Source: a virus. Taken from it: DNA of 64,000 nt. Where the stretch lies: positions 32,348-96,347 of the IMG/VR virus record IMGVR_UViG_3300034101_002201; one strand, written 5' to 3'. The position numbers were made by a program, and so were the translations under genes. Below, in pieces: positions 41,401-50,374 of this stretch. The notes beneath the pieces were generated by a model. That model had not been told where the DNA came from and did no database searches. It saw only the letters and a program-made list of their open reading frames with translations. Within the stretch, counting starts at the first letter, position 1; every line of letters begins with the position of its first letter.

Positions 41401-44400
41401 GCATATTCTGGACTAGTAATATCATTTAGAGGATTTGCTATCCAAGCAACATCTATGCTATCGTGTAAATCTTTAGTCGGGAATCCCTGTATAACATCGT
41501 TATTTCCTCCCAATACTCCATACAAAATAGATTTTGGATAAGCATCTATGAAACTAGTCCTGTTAGGCCATTGATTTTCACCGCCAATTTGAGCAACTGT
41601 AGAATAAACTCTCTGTTTAGTCTTAGTGTCAATATGAGAAACTAAGTTAACATAGAAGTTCACATTTTGATCTAAATAGCTATCATATATAAATTGCTTT
41701 GATTCACTATTAATTCCTAATAAAACGATTGTGGAAGTATCGTTTTCATAATATGGTTCTTCTACGCAATAGTAGCCCCTTGGAGAGACTTCTTCTTCTT
41801 CTGAATATGGATCTATTTTTACTCTAGATACGGCTTTTGCTTGTAAGACATAACCTTTACCATCAAAGTCTTGGGGTTTATAAAACACGGCTTCTGGATC
41901 TAAATTATAGGCAAAGTTATATTGTAAAGATGAGTAGTCACTATTTCCACTATCCCATATAAAATCTAATTCTGGCTTTGCTCTTCCACCAAATTCACCT
42001 CTTTCATTACTATCAGTTCTCTTTTCTATTATTGGTATACTAATAGTCTTTTCTGGAATTTCTGGAATAGTTATAGTTTGCATAGTTTTTTCTGCTGCAA
42101 CTAATAATGGAATTGGTTCTTGATTTTTTGTTGGCTTTGGTGGTGGTGGTGTATCATAGCCACAGTCTGGCACATAAGATCCAAAAATTAAAGGCCAATT
42201 ATATGAATAGATGACCGTTACAAATCCCTTTGGTGTTGGTTTGCAACATAAATCTTTCCATTCTGCCCGAATATCACCATAATGCTGAAGCGGCATTTCA
42301 CATCTGCTTTGAATTTGTATTTTCTCGGGTGGATCACTACAATCTGTGACCTTAGCACATCTCATTTGCTCAAAGAAATTAGGATAATAAATCTTAATAT
42401 CTGCTACACCGCTACCTATTAAGTTGGTTCTAGCTACATATGTATCAGTACATCCAAAGGGAACAAAAGATGGAACTATATTATTGAATGATGAATATCC
42501 ATTTGGTAATGATTCATATCTATTTCTAGCTTGGACTAACCTCATGCGAGAATTTAGTCTTTCTAGAAGAGTATTAAGAATTTTATTAGATTTAGAGTAC
42601 TGACCATCTGCTTCCCATATTGGATCATTACCAACAAGTACTAGATTTCTATCACCAAGTGCTAGCCAATTAGATATCTTATCAAAAACTTCATTACTTA
42701 AAGCGTTTGCTGAAGGTGTAACAATAAATATTAAACCTACACCTTGAGGAATTTCTGGATCATCAAAATCAGTCTTAACAAAATGTTTGTCTGCAAAGAC
42801 ATCTTTTACGTAATCAAAGTGTCCCGAATCAGCAGTCTTATTAGACATACTAATCATTTCATGTAAATTGCCAAATTTTCCATACTCTATTACGCCACTA
42901 TGTGGATAATATTTTCTTGATTCAAAAATTTTAACAGATCCAGCATTAACAGTCGCGGGCCAAGTGGGCTTAATACTGTCATTTCTATATTGTGGTCTAA
43001 ATTTCTTTTGTCTACCTTTTATGAATTTTTCGCACATACAGGTATAATAAATATCAGCATCGTTTGATAGATTCATGCTGTCCGTTGGAGATCCAACTAT
43101 CAACTTAGTTCCATCTTCATTTAAGTCTAGACTATACCCAAGCCTTGGAGTTGGTGCTGCCAAAGAATTGATAAAGGTCCAAGACCCTATTGGCGCATTA
43201 TCTTGATATGTATATTTGTATACTTGTTCGTATTCTTTAATGTCATAGTCTAGTCTAACTCTAAATTTATCCTCTGGACTTAAACTAAGATATAATTTTT
43301 CAGCATCTTCAATTCTTCCGGGAGACTGTAAATATTGTTGTAGTTCTGTTGAATATTTTGGCTGTTTAGACTGTACCCAATAAGGTATATTTAGATATAA
43401 GTATATTTTTGAGTCTGGCTTATATTCATATACAGTAACAGCATCATTAATATAAGGAGATCCAACAGCTATAACATCAGTATCGTCACTTATGGTTACA
43501 GCGTGACCAAACCTATCTGGATGAGAATAAGTTACATTTGGGGATCTTATTTCTTGAATCAAATTCCAAGATCCACTTTCTTGTTCAAAAATGTAAACAC
43601 GACCACCACTTTCTGGAGGTATAGTAAATGAGGGGTTGGCACTAGAATTAAATGATCCAACATTATTGGAAATAAATCTCTTACCATTTACTTCATTTAT
43701 GAAGTTGAAATCTAAAATTTTATTTAAAGCACCCTTAGACAATTCGATCCAATCTTCATCTTGACCAAATTCTGATGTAAATACAATGGCTTCCCCGCTA
43801 GATGGCATATCTGTATCAAGAGTCTTTACGCCACTATCGTGGCTATATTTTTTATAGTAGTCTACGAATCTACTGAGTGCTGGATCTAATGCTCCAGATA
43901 GCGATGCGCTATTATCTATGCAAATAGATAGTAATGGTGGAATATTGTTGTGTACTTTATTTTCATCATAAGGAAATGCTGTTAAGAATGAGGATTGAAT
44001 TCCACTAAATATTTGATTTATTTTTTCTTCTGACGGTACTTTGCCTCTATTTCTACTAATAGTAGATAGACTAATAAAATCTGGCTTATCTGGAAATTCT
44101 GATACACTGAGATTTGGATCATCAGCTATGGGCTGAATAATCATTAGCTTAACATCAAATTTGACAGATGGTGTGCTAAAATATTTGTATACTAAATCTT
44201 TATTTGTTATTTCTGCAACTACTTCTTCATATCCTTTATAACTATTAGGATATCTACCGGGTAATCTATACGAAAATTCATCTGTGAATAACATTACGCC
44301 AATATTCACTGTGTCAGGTTCTGTAAATGATAATGATCGCGTCCACTTGGCACTCGGTCCACCAACAACGATGATATTTCTTGAGTCATGACCAAGTGAC

Positions 44401-47400
44401 TTTCTTCCACTATCTATTGCTAAGTCTAAAGAATGTCCAAATTGTCTTCCCTCTTGACCAACATTCCAATATGTTTTTAAAATGTTAAATCCGGCAGGCA
44501 AGCTACCATCAAAGTCATTTGATTCAACTATTACAGAATAATCTCTTAACATTTCATTTGGAAGTGTCAATATTCCACTTAATTGCCAAGGAGATTTATG
44601 CTTGTCTGTGGGCCAAGAATAACCAGTTGGCCTATCTTCTCTACGATAAATAAATACAGAGCCTGCTTCTTGTAGAGTCTTTGTTCCTCCGATTTCATTT
44701 GAATCTGTTATAACTAAATCTCTCTTGGGCGCACCAACTATTAAAATGTTATCTTTAGAAGCTATGGCTTTGCCAAACTCATCTCCAGATGCAATGTAAT
44801 TAGTGGGTGGAATAATCTTTATGCCACTATTGTTGAAGAATGTGTCAGTATTAGCTATTGAATTATATTCTATTTCTGTAAATTCACTAGGAACTTCTAC
44901 AAAGTCTTTCGATCCATATCTACCTACCACAGTAACAACGTAAGGATAATTAGGAATTAAACCAGAATATTTTCTAATACCATAAAAATGTCCACTATAC
45001 ATTAGGTCAGTATCAAATGTAGTTACCGTTTGACCAATATTGTTTGTCTTTGTACTTTTAAAAGCTCCGCTCGGCAAAGATAAGTTCGTGTAAGTATACT
45101 GAGGTCTAAATATACCACCGTCTACACAAACCTCTGGTTCATACCAATCGATGCCGTGAATAGTAACAAAATCTTCTTCGCATCTAGCATTATTGCCATC
45201 TTCACATATCCCGCGACAAATTAAAGAAACACCTCGTATATCATCATCAGCATCTATTGTGGCATAAGAATTATCAAACGATGTTATTCCATCTCCAACA
45301 TTATTTTTATCCCATCTTATTGATGCCATGACGGGATCAGCGGATTCATAAGTCAGATAATTTATAGTATATAGGCTACAAGTTTGTGTTAATAAATTTT
45401 CTTGGATAGCAGCAGTGACCAAATTCATCGAAGCGTTACCAGATTGGTATACGTATGGAGAATTTGTGAAAAGTGGCATTGAACCACTAATATATCTATT
45501 ATCTACTAATTGTAAACCTCTGATATAGAGCGGTATCTGCAATTCTGGAGTAATATCAGTAAAAGATGTCAAAGATAAAGATTCAAATAGTATATCTGTT
45601 TCGCCATTTGCGTACAATGGCATTGATATCTCTCTCATCGGCGCGCCACTAACATAAAAAGTCAATGGCCTAGGAGCAGAATCAAACGATCCAAATAATT
45701 GTGGACCGCTGAATACGTCTATAGTAGCAAAAGCCGAAGTAAACAAATTAACAGAATCAGAAGACCAAGTAGATCCAGATGTATAAAAATCAACATTTGC
45801 GTCATGTCTAGGCCACTTTGATCCACTAGTATATAATGTTACGCCAGAAAATGGTACAAAATTTATACCACTATTAAATAAAGTAATTGTATCAAATGAA
45901 TATTGCTTACTCACAGAATACATATTCATTGTTGTATTCTTACCAGATCCCACTACTAGTGCTTGGCATTTAATATTGGCATTATGTATTTTTACTTTGC
46001 TCTTAAATGGTTGTCCACTTGGATATACAATATCATACTGTAAAAACATAGAATTAATATCTGTATTAAGATATCTATCATTAAATTCTCTAGCAATTGC
46101 TTCTGATTCAAACGATGACCAACCTTCTGAATAATCAAAAATGCTATTTTGATTAAAGACAGTTTCAATAGTTCTTATACAGCCGGATGGTTCAAGATAA
46201 TGAGTTTGTCTTGTAACGAGTCCAAAGTCTTGATTTGGTTTAAATGGATGGTTCTGAGAGGGTGTATACAAACTTACTATTAATTTAGGACCAAGTTTTT
46301 CATCATTCCAAATAACGTTTCCGCTGGATTCATATTCTAGTGTGGTTTGTACTGATATGCCACCATCTCTAAATCCATAACCTCTAGGAAGATTTTTGAC
46401 TATCCTTTGTGGAACTCTATAAAATCTATTTGCATCATCGCTGTCCAAGTCAGCTATATTAAATCTTAAAAAGTCATTCTCTATTTGAGTGTGGTAACAT
46501 ACTCCAGAAAGATTAACATCATCTGGTAATGACTTATTAGTAAATTGTGAATAACCAGATCCATGATGATTAAGTTCATGTGTTATATAATCAGAACCAA
46601 CCCTTACAGTCCAAACATCAAATGCTGGAGAAAAGCTACAAGTTCTAAAAGCACCTAAACGCCAATCATCTATATTATTATCTACAAATGACCATAATTT
46701 ATATCCATCATTATTTTCATCTGCATCTGTCCAAAATTTTTGTCTTATAGTTTCAAAAAATTTGGAAATACTAAAATACTTGTAAACACTATCTCTATTA
46801 GCAGAGGGAACATATTTTTCTGGGCCGGGATAGTATATTTGAGCCGGTATATTGTTAGTAATATTAGTTTGATTGCCATATAAAGAATTAGCAATAGGAT
46901 GATTTTTTGTTGAAGTAGTAGAAATACCAAACTCATGAACAAACATTTTCATTCCAGATCCAATGTTGGAATGACCGATTAATAACTTGTTTCCACTTGG
47001 ATTAAACCCAGTGGAGGTATTAGTAATAGCAGCTCCCCTTGCGTGATTAAAAATTCCAGTTTTTATTTCATTATCTGTATATAGACTAATTCTGTTTGCC
47101 AAAGATGGAGAAGGAGATCCAAATTCTCTGAATGTGACTATTGCCGATAGTGGGTACTGGTATTCATAATATGGTAAACTATCCTTAGCCTTTGATATTG
47201 TTCCATTATTTATTAGATATGCACATAGATAACCGTTTTCATATCCAAGATAAAAACCATTTGTTTTTTGTGAATTAATCTGTGAAACTAAAATACCAGA
47301 GTTAAAGAAAAAGTCATTCGAATGATAGTCGGGTGTAAATCTAATATAAAAAGCAAAACCATTATTTGTGTTTACATTTCCAAAGTCTAAATGAGCATTT

Positions 47401-50366
47401 GCACCAGACACTCTTACGGCGTTGTCATAAGCATCGCAAATCTTACCATATAGAGGATGACCTATAAAGTTGTTGCTACCACTAGATAGCAATGTCCAAT
47501 CCAATGATGAATAATTACCAGTATATCCTACTAACTGATTAGTGAAAATATTATTATTTTTGAATCTAAGTCCAAGATTTTGATATTTTTCACAATTGCC
47601 CACATATTTTCCACTCAAAGAACCAAGTCCACTACCAAGTGGTAATGAAAATATATTAGAACCACTATCATAATTGAAATTAAAGTAACCAGATAAAAAT
47701 GGTCGTTCAATTTCTGGATTATAAAATGAGTAATCAAATTCTGCCGCACTAAACGGACCATTTGTAATTGAGCCAGTTACCCCTCTCCATCTACGAGAAT
47801 AGTTAGTTTTTAATGTTGGATAATTGAGATAACCGTGGGGAATATTTTCTATCTTAGATAGTTGAGTTGAATATCCTAAACCGTGATTATGCTTTCTATC
47901 TGATGCCGAATTGTAATTAGAAGGCATCAATGTGAATTCTCTTTTTGTCATCTCTCTTGATTGATCACCACCGATAGTAATCATGGACAAAGCATTAGAT
48001 GGAGTATAATTTACAATTAATTTAATACTACAAATTTTTGCTCCGGTTGGCAAGGGTGATATATCAACATATAAGTTTTCAAACATGGATGCCGATGTAT
48101 AGGATATTGTGTCATATCCAAAATAGTTTTGCTCATTGTAAATTTTCAATGGAAAAGTATATTCTTGAAACTGAACACCAGTTACCCTTGGACACATCAG
48201 CCAAGCAACGCCATAAAATACATCAGCAATATTTGATTTTTCAATAGAAGTCAAATTATTTGAATTAGATACCGTAACAGTATCTATCAGCTTAAATATA
48301 TCAGACTCTAGTGTTGGATATGTATATTTTAATTCTTCTTGAGCAAAAATTGTTCTTGCTTTATCAAGCACATTATTTTTACTTTGTATTAATGCATTTT
48401 CTGATATTTCTTTAGCAAATTCTTTGCTATATTTTGAAAACTGAACTTGATGTTTTGAATTAGTAATTACTTTATATTCTGATAAATTCTTAGTTGTTGT
48501 TTTGATCTGGTTTAGGATTGTACTATTTGGTTTATAAACATCAATATCTTGTATTGTATAATGATCGCCTAGACTTGTGATATCTTTTTCATAATACTGA
48601 GATTTGTTTGATATAGCGTCAAATGACATAGATAAATCATCGATATCATAAAAGCCAGATATTTTTGGTATATCTTGGATTTTATACGATATTGTATCAT
48701 CATTTTGTAAAAATCCGCCAATTTTTTTAGTTACATTCAAAAGCTTATCATCACTATAACCAACAACATCAATAACATAATCTGGAATACTTGAGTTAAT
48801 TTTACTAGCTATTACTTTTAGCTCAACGCTTGTTACATTAAAATATTCATCATTATTTTTTAACAACTCATATGCAGCATTGTTAAATGCGGGATTATTT
48901 CCTCCAAAGTCAAAAGCCCCACCAACAAAACCCTTGGCATCTATAAATGGTAAAGTATTAAACTTAACAACTAATTTCCCGCTTGGATAAGAATCTGCAA
49001 GACCAGAGAGCATTATAAATTGATCTCTAGAGTCTGTACGGATTTTATTGACTAGTATATTAGCATGTTCTAGAGTAGTATTTTCGTATCTGTTTTCTTC
49101 TTCATCAAAAGCAATCCATTTACTATTTTTAGTTGGATATATCCCATTATCATATTGATATAGCATCATTTCTGATGGACCAAGAACTCGACTTATTGTT
49201 CTTGGTGTGTAACTAGATAATTGATATATCGGTAAAAATGATTCAATTGCTAAGTTTTCTGTACCGCTGTTTCCAACTTCTACGGCAGAAATTTTTAAAT
49301 AATTAAGTGGATCAATTAGTGGATTAAACTGCGGATAAGTAGACAAACAAGTATCTTCGTATCCCTCGTCAAATTTTTCAGAAAATGGTGATTGTTCGCA
49401 TTTTGCGCTAATAGAAAATGATAGTGTATATCCGCTTGGCTGATTTATTAATGGATAACTATTTTGCCACTGATAAGATGAAACTAGATTATTTGTTTTA
49501 GTATCAGAAATATAGGTAGTATATCCGGTATCTGGTTTTATGTTTATATCATTATATGATATTATTAAATTGCCAGATGGGTCTTGAAATTTTACATCAT
49601 AAATTTTGTAATATTGTGGCTTTCTCTCCATATAATTGCTATATGGTGCAAATGCTCTTATAGCAAAATAACTTTGCTTCGCTATCAAGTTTGGCTTGCT
49701 GACAGAAAATTTATATACTATGTCTCCGCTAACTAGTAGATTATTTGGAAATACATAAGAAACTTCATCATCTGTAATGAGATATCCGTTATTACGATTC
49801 GAAGTATAGTCACCTATAAAAACACCTTCATCTACAGCACCGTCGTGTCTAACTGGATATTCAGTTGATAAATAATCATAATTTTCGAGAAGAATTGAAT
49901 TACCATTTTCTGTTATCAAATTTTCAAAATTAGTAATTTTTACATCAACTGGAGAATTATCATATTTTGTAGAAAACTGAGCAAAACCGCTGGGAAACAA
50001 TTTTTGAGTAGCAATAAATCCTGCGGAGCCAAAAAATTTATCAGCATATTTTATACTGTATTTACTTGAAGACCCATTTCTTGATCGCAAAGTTCCATCT
50101 AATATGCTAATAAATTTTAAATCACTATTACGTCCACCTAATCTTGATATTGGAGATAAATTTGAATTTTCTCTTAGTCTTACACCACCAAAAAAACTAA
50201 GGCGTGTTGCACCATTAGCAATAAATTGTGTGTTAGCTCTTATTTTAAAAACTGAACCGTTTTTGTGATTTATTGGTCCAAGTACAGATGAATTTTTAGC
50301 AACTAATTTACTAGTAGCTTTAATTCTTTCGTAATCGGTAGGTACTAAACAAATCTCACAAGTCAT
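38499..50366 (-). CDS. giant virion protein with a LamG-like domain and FG-GAP beta-propeller repeats
   Basis: 3955 aa; FG...GAP/GSP repeats (DEFGK..IVGAP, QFGH..VGGP, RFGH..VGSP, RLGY..VGSP, LFGY..IGSP, RFGE..IGAP, QYGS); LamG-like GFAFYIRF...GFYLGY. Confidence 0.7.
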   Translation of the reverse strand: MTCEICLVPTDYERIKATSKLVAKNSSVLGPINHKNGSVFKIRANTQFIANGATRLSFFGGVRLRENSNLSPISRLGGRNSDLKFISILDGTLRSRNGSSSKYSIKYADKFFGSAGFIATQKLFPSGFAQFSTKYDNSPVDVKITNFENLITENGNSILLENYDYLSTEYPVRHDGAVDEGVFIGDYTSNRNNGYLITDDEVSYVFPNNLLVSGDIVYKFSVSKPNLIAKQSYFAIRAFAPYSNYMERKPQYYKIYDVKFQDPSGNLIISYNDINIKPDTGYTTYISDTKTNNLVSSYQWQNSYPLINQPSGYTLSFSISAKCEQSPFSEKFDEGYEDTCLSTYPQFNPLIDPLNYLKISAVEVGNSGTENLAIESFLPIYQLSSYTPRTISRVLGPSEMMLYQYDNGIYPTKNSKWIAFDEEENRYENTTLEHANILVNKIRTDSRDQFIMLSGLADSYPSGKLVVKFNTLPFIDAKGFVGGAFDFGGNNPAFNNAAYELLKNNDEYFNVTSVELKVIASKINSSIPDYVIDVVGYSDDKLLNVTKKIGGFLQNDDTISYKIQDIPKISGFYDIDDLSMSFDAISNKSQYYEKDITSLGDHYTIQDIDVYKPNSTILNQIKTTTKNLSEYKVITNSKHQVQFSKYSKEFAKEISENALIQSKNNVLDKARTIFAQEELKYTYPTLESDIFKLIDTVTVSNSNNLTSIEKSNIADVFYGVAWLMCPRVTGVQFQEYTFPLKIYNEQNYFGYDTISYTSASMFENLYVDISPLPTGAKICSIKLIVNYTPSNALSMITIGGDQSREMTKREFTLMPSNYNSASDRKHNHGLGYSTQLSKIENIPHGYLNYPTLKTNYSRRWRGVTGSITNGPFSAAEFDYSFYNPEIERPFLSGYFNFNYDSGSNIFSLPLGSGLGSLSGKYVGNCEKYQNLGLRFKNNNIFTNQLVGYTGNYSSLDWTLLSSGSNNFIGHPLYGKICDAYDNAVRVSGANAHLDFGNVNTNNGFAFYIRFTPDYHSNDFFFNSGILVSQINSQKTNGFYLGYENGYLCAYLINNGTISKAKDSLPYYEYQYPLSAIVTFREFGSPSPSLANRISLYTDNEIKTGIFNHARGAAITNTSTGFNPSGNKLLIGHSNIGSGMKMFVHEFGISTTSTKNHPIANSLYGNQTNITNNIPAQIYYPGPEKYVPSANRDSVYKYFSISKFFETIRQKFWTDADENNDGYKLWSFVDNNIDDWRLGAFRTCSFSPAFDVWTVRVGSDYITHELNHHGSGYSQFTNKSLPDDVNLSGVCYHTQIENDFLRFNIADLDSDDANRFYRVPQRIVKNLPRGYGFRDGGISVQTTLEYESSGNVIWNDEKLGPKLIVSLYTPSQNHPFKPNQDFGLVTRQTHYLEPSGCIRTIETVFNQNSIFDYSEGWSSFESEAIAREFNDRYLNTDINSMFLQYDIVYPSGQPFKSKVKIHNANIKCQALVVGSGKNTTMNMYSVSKQYSFDTITLFNSGINFVPFSGVTLYTSGSKWPRHDANVDFYTSGSTWSSDSVNLFTSAFATIDVFSGPQLFGSFDSAPRPLTFYVSGAPMREISMPLYANGETDILFESLSLTSFTDITPELQIPLYIRGLQLVDNRYISGSMPLFTNSPYVYQSGNASMNLVTAAIQENLLTQTCSLYTINYLTYESADPVMASIRWDKNNVGDGITSFDNSYATIDADDDIRGVSLICRGICEDGNNARCEEDFVTIHGIDWYEPEVCVDGGIFRPQYTYTNLSLPSGAFKSTKTNNIGQTVTTFDTDLMYSGHFYGIRKYSGLIPNYPYVVTVVGRYGSKDFVEVPSEFTEIEYNSIANTDTFFNNSGIKIIPPTNYIASGDEFGKAIASKDNILIVGAPKRDLVITDSNEIGGTKTLQEAGSVFIYRREDRPTGYSWPTDKHKSPWQLSGILTLPNEMLRDYSVIVESNDFDGSLPAGFNILKTYWNVGQEGRQFGHSLDLAIDSGRKSLGHDSRNIIVVGGPSAKWTRSLSFTEPDTVNIGVMLFTDEFSYRLPGRYPNSYKGYEEVVAEITNKDLVYKYFSTPSVKFDVKLMIIQPIADDPNLSVSEFPDKPDFISLSTISRNRGKVPSEEKINQIFSGIQSSFLTAFPYDENKVHNNIPPLLSICIDNSASLSGALDPALSRFVDYYKKYSHDSGVKTLDTDMPSSGEAIVFTSEFGQDEDWIELSKGALNKILDFNFINEVNGKRFISNNVGSFNSSANPSFTIPPESGGRVYIFEQESGSWNLIQEIRSPNVTYSHPDRFGHAVTISDDTDVIAVGSPYINDAVTVYEYKPDSKIYLYLNIPYWVQSKQPKYSTELQQYLQSPGRIEDAEKLYLSLSPEDKFRVRLDYDIKEYEQVYKYTYQDNAPIGSWTFINSLAAPTPRLGYSLDLNEDGTKLIVGSPTDSMNLSNDADIYYTCMCEKFIKGRQKKFRPQYRNDSIKPTWPATVNAGSVKIFESRKYYPHSGVIEYGKFGNLHEMISMSNKTADSGHFDYVKDVFADKHFVKTDFDDPEIPQGVGLIFIVTPSANALSNEVFDKISNWLALGDRNLVLVGNDPIWEADGQYSKSNKILNTLLERLNSRMRLVQARNRYESLPNGYSSFNNIVPSFVPFGCTDTYVARTNLIGSGVADIKIYYPNFFEQMRCAKVTDCSDPPEKIQIQSRCEMPLQHYGDIRAEWKDLCCKPTPKGFVTVIYSYNWPLIFGSYVPDCGYDTPPPPKPTKNQEPIPLLVAAEKTMQTITIPEIPEKTISIPIIEKRTDSNERGEFGGRAKPELDFIWDSGNSDYSSLQYNFAYNLDPEAVFYKPQDFDGKGYVLQAKAVSRVKIDPYSEEEEVSPRGYYCVEEPYYENDTSTIVLLGINSESKQFIYDSYLDQNVNFYVNLVSHIDTKTKQRVYSTVAQIGGENQWPNRTSFIDAYPKSILYGVLGGNNDVIQGFPTKDLHDSIDVAWIANPLNDITSPEYADELQAIKLWLKGNSRTTSLNKKLVITYDQNISSIKNIEKLLTALNVQMKPIYLNYLDKYASVQDFSLGLNSDSYISKFRPFVSFGESQDPIMNGRIDFTPIKLGPSSIPLAYSYSPVNDLVPKIAVNDFWEMRTGFCKVSFPVVACSGYELYFKTLQETPTERVPLYVVIENVFRTPRHPCPDTSFPEQSSLSYINDNGDYISGETLTPAFAFVLPADTEETLQVQVAENVSEINIYIGCNTRYTNSLNLVSEPRPRTTRLVGISGAMISTRNVVGFSEYDVVVGYEQQKISDRIPSSTSEIEVIRPISTECAKYCSSTELCELEGLSLNLIDDGPVVAAQELEIWSSFEAGYNRSRITLLSDPNLIQGQFLVDSEGVFRQDAGRFIRSLYPETYFAPTDILGRQYNVQTKLISPERGSPAKYFINDNSMQSLVSFFRGNSSFGSPSYSHINNKESTYNSEYVTDRPDIPWADLTDQKEIEETKNEFISGFFASILQTGCMYPRFSGVIGGNLYVDATIDGGLPELLKDKGYDYMDLDKIPDLYPGDLFGYSVSIQENKVIIGSPFSAFKSENINPWSTTSQLSLGKNGGGGAVYVFEKTGNGSGVDDVNISWQCVKKLKPDSLMGQNSGVSIVSDRFGESLYLNNDIMLIGAPGHSYGNEQIITRGEFGRKYFDESFDITTRQVIDLGISGNRQNYGNQQYSYIPKAGAVYTYEYGFSDWANRRARDWKFVEKDTSPSRLENEQYGSNVYLTRPYRSDADYTIFVGNEYWNTSGIVYDKDIMLRQNPPSTRNENAWIEGRVFGDKVSENKEARIKFYNAGDPNVPVITSNDVYATKDGYIFLEVSGQDPSTQSFITHRPYIEAVIGEYKSGTPKKTGLLLYSFGTNALPSSSLPLYTRVDVSANVYNTLGMYNSAILGFASGAMPSGLSMFASGYPRSISESGLMLVTSGTTIISESLPLRIRGK

Positions 50367-50374
50367 TTTATTTC

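Noticed and set aside
48180-48560. Helical-looking insert in the giant protein as a possible intein
   Set aside because: No N-terminal Cys/Ser block, no HN terminus and no LAGLIDADG motif
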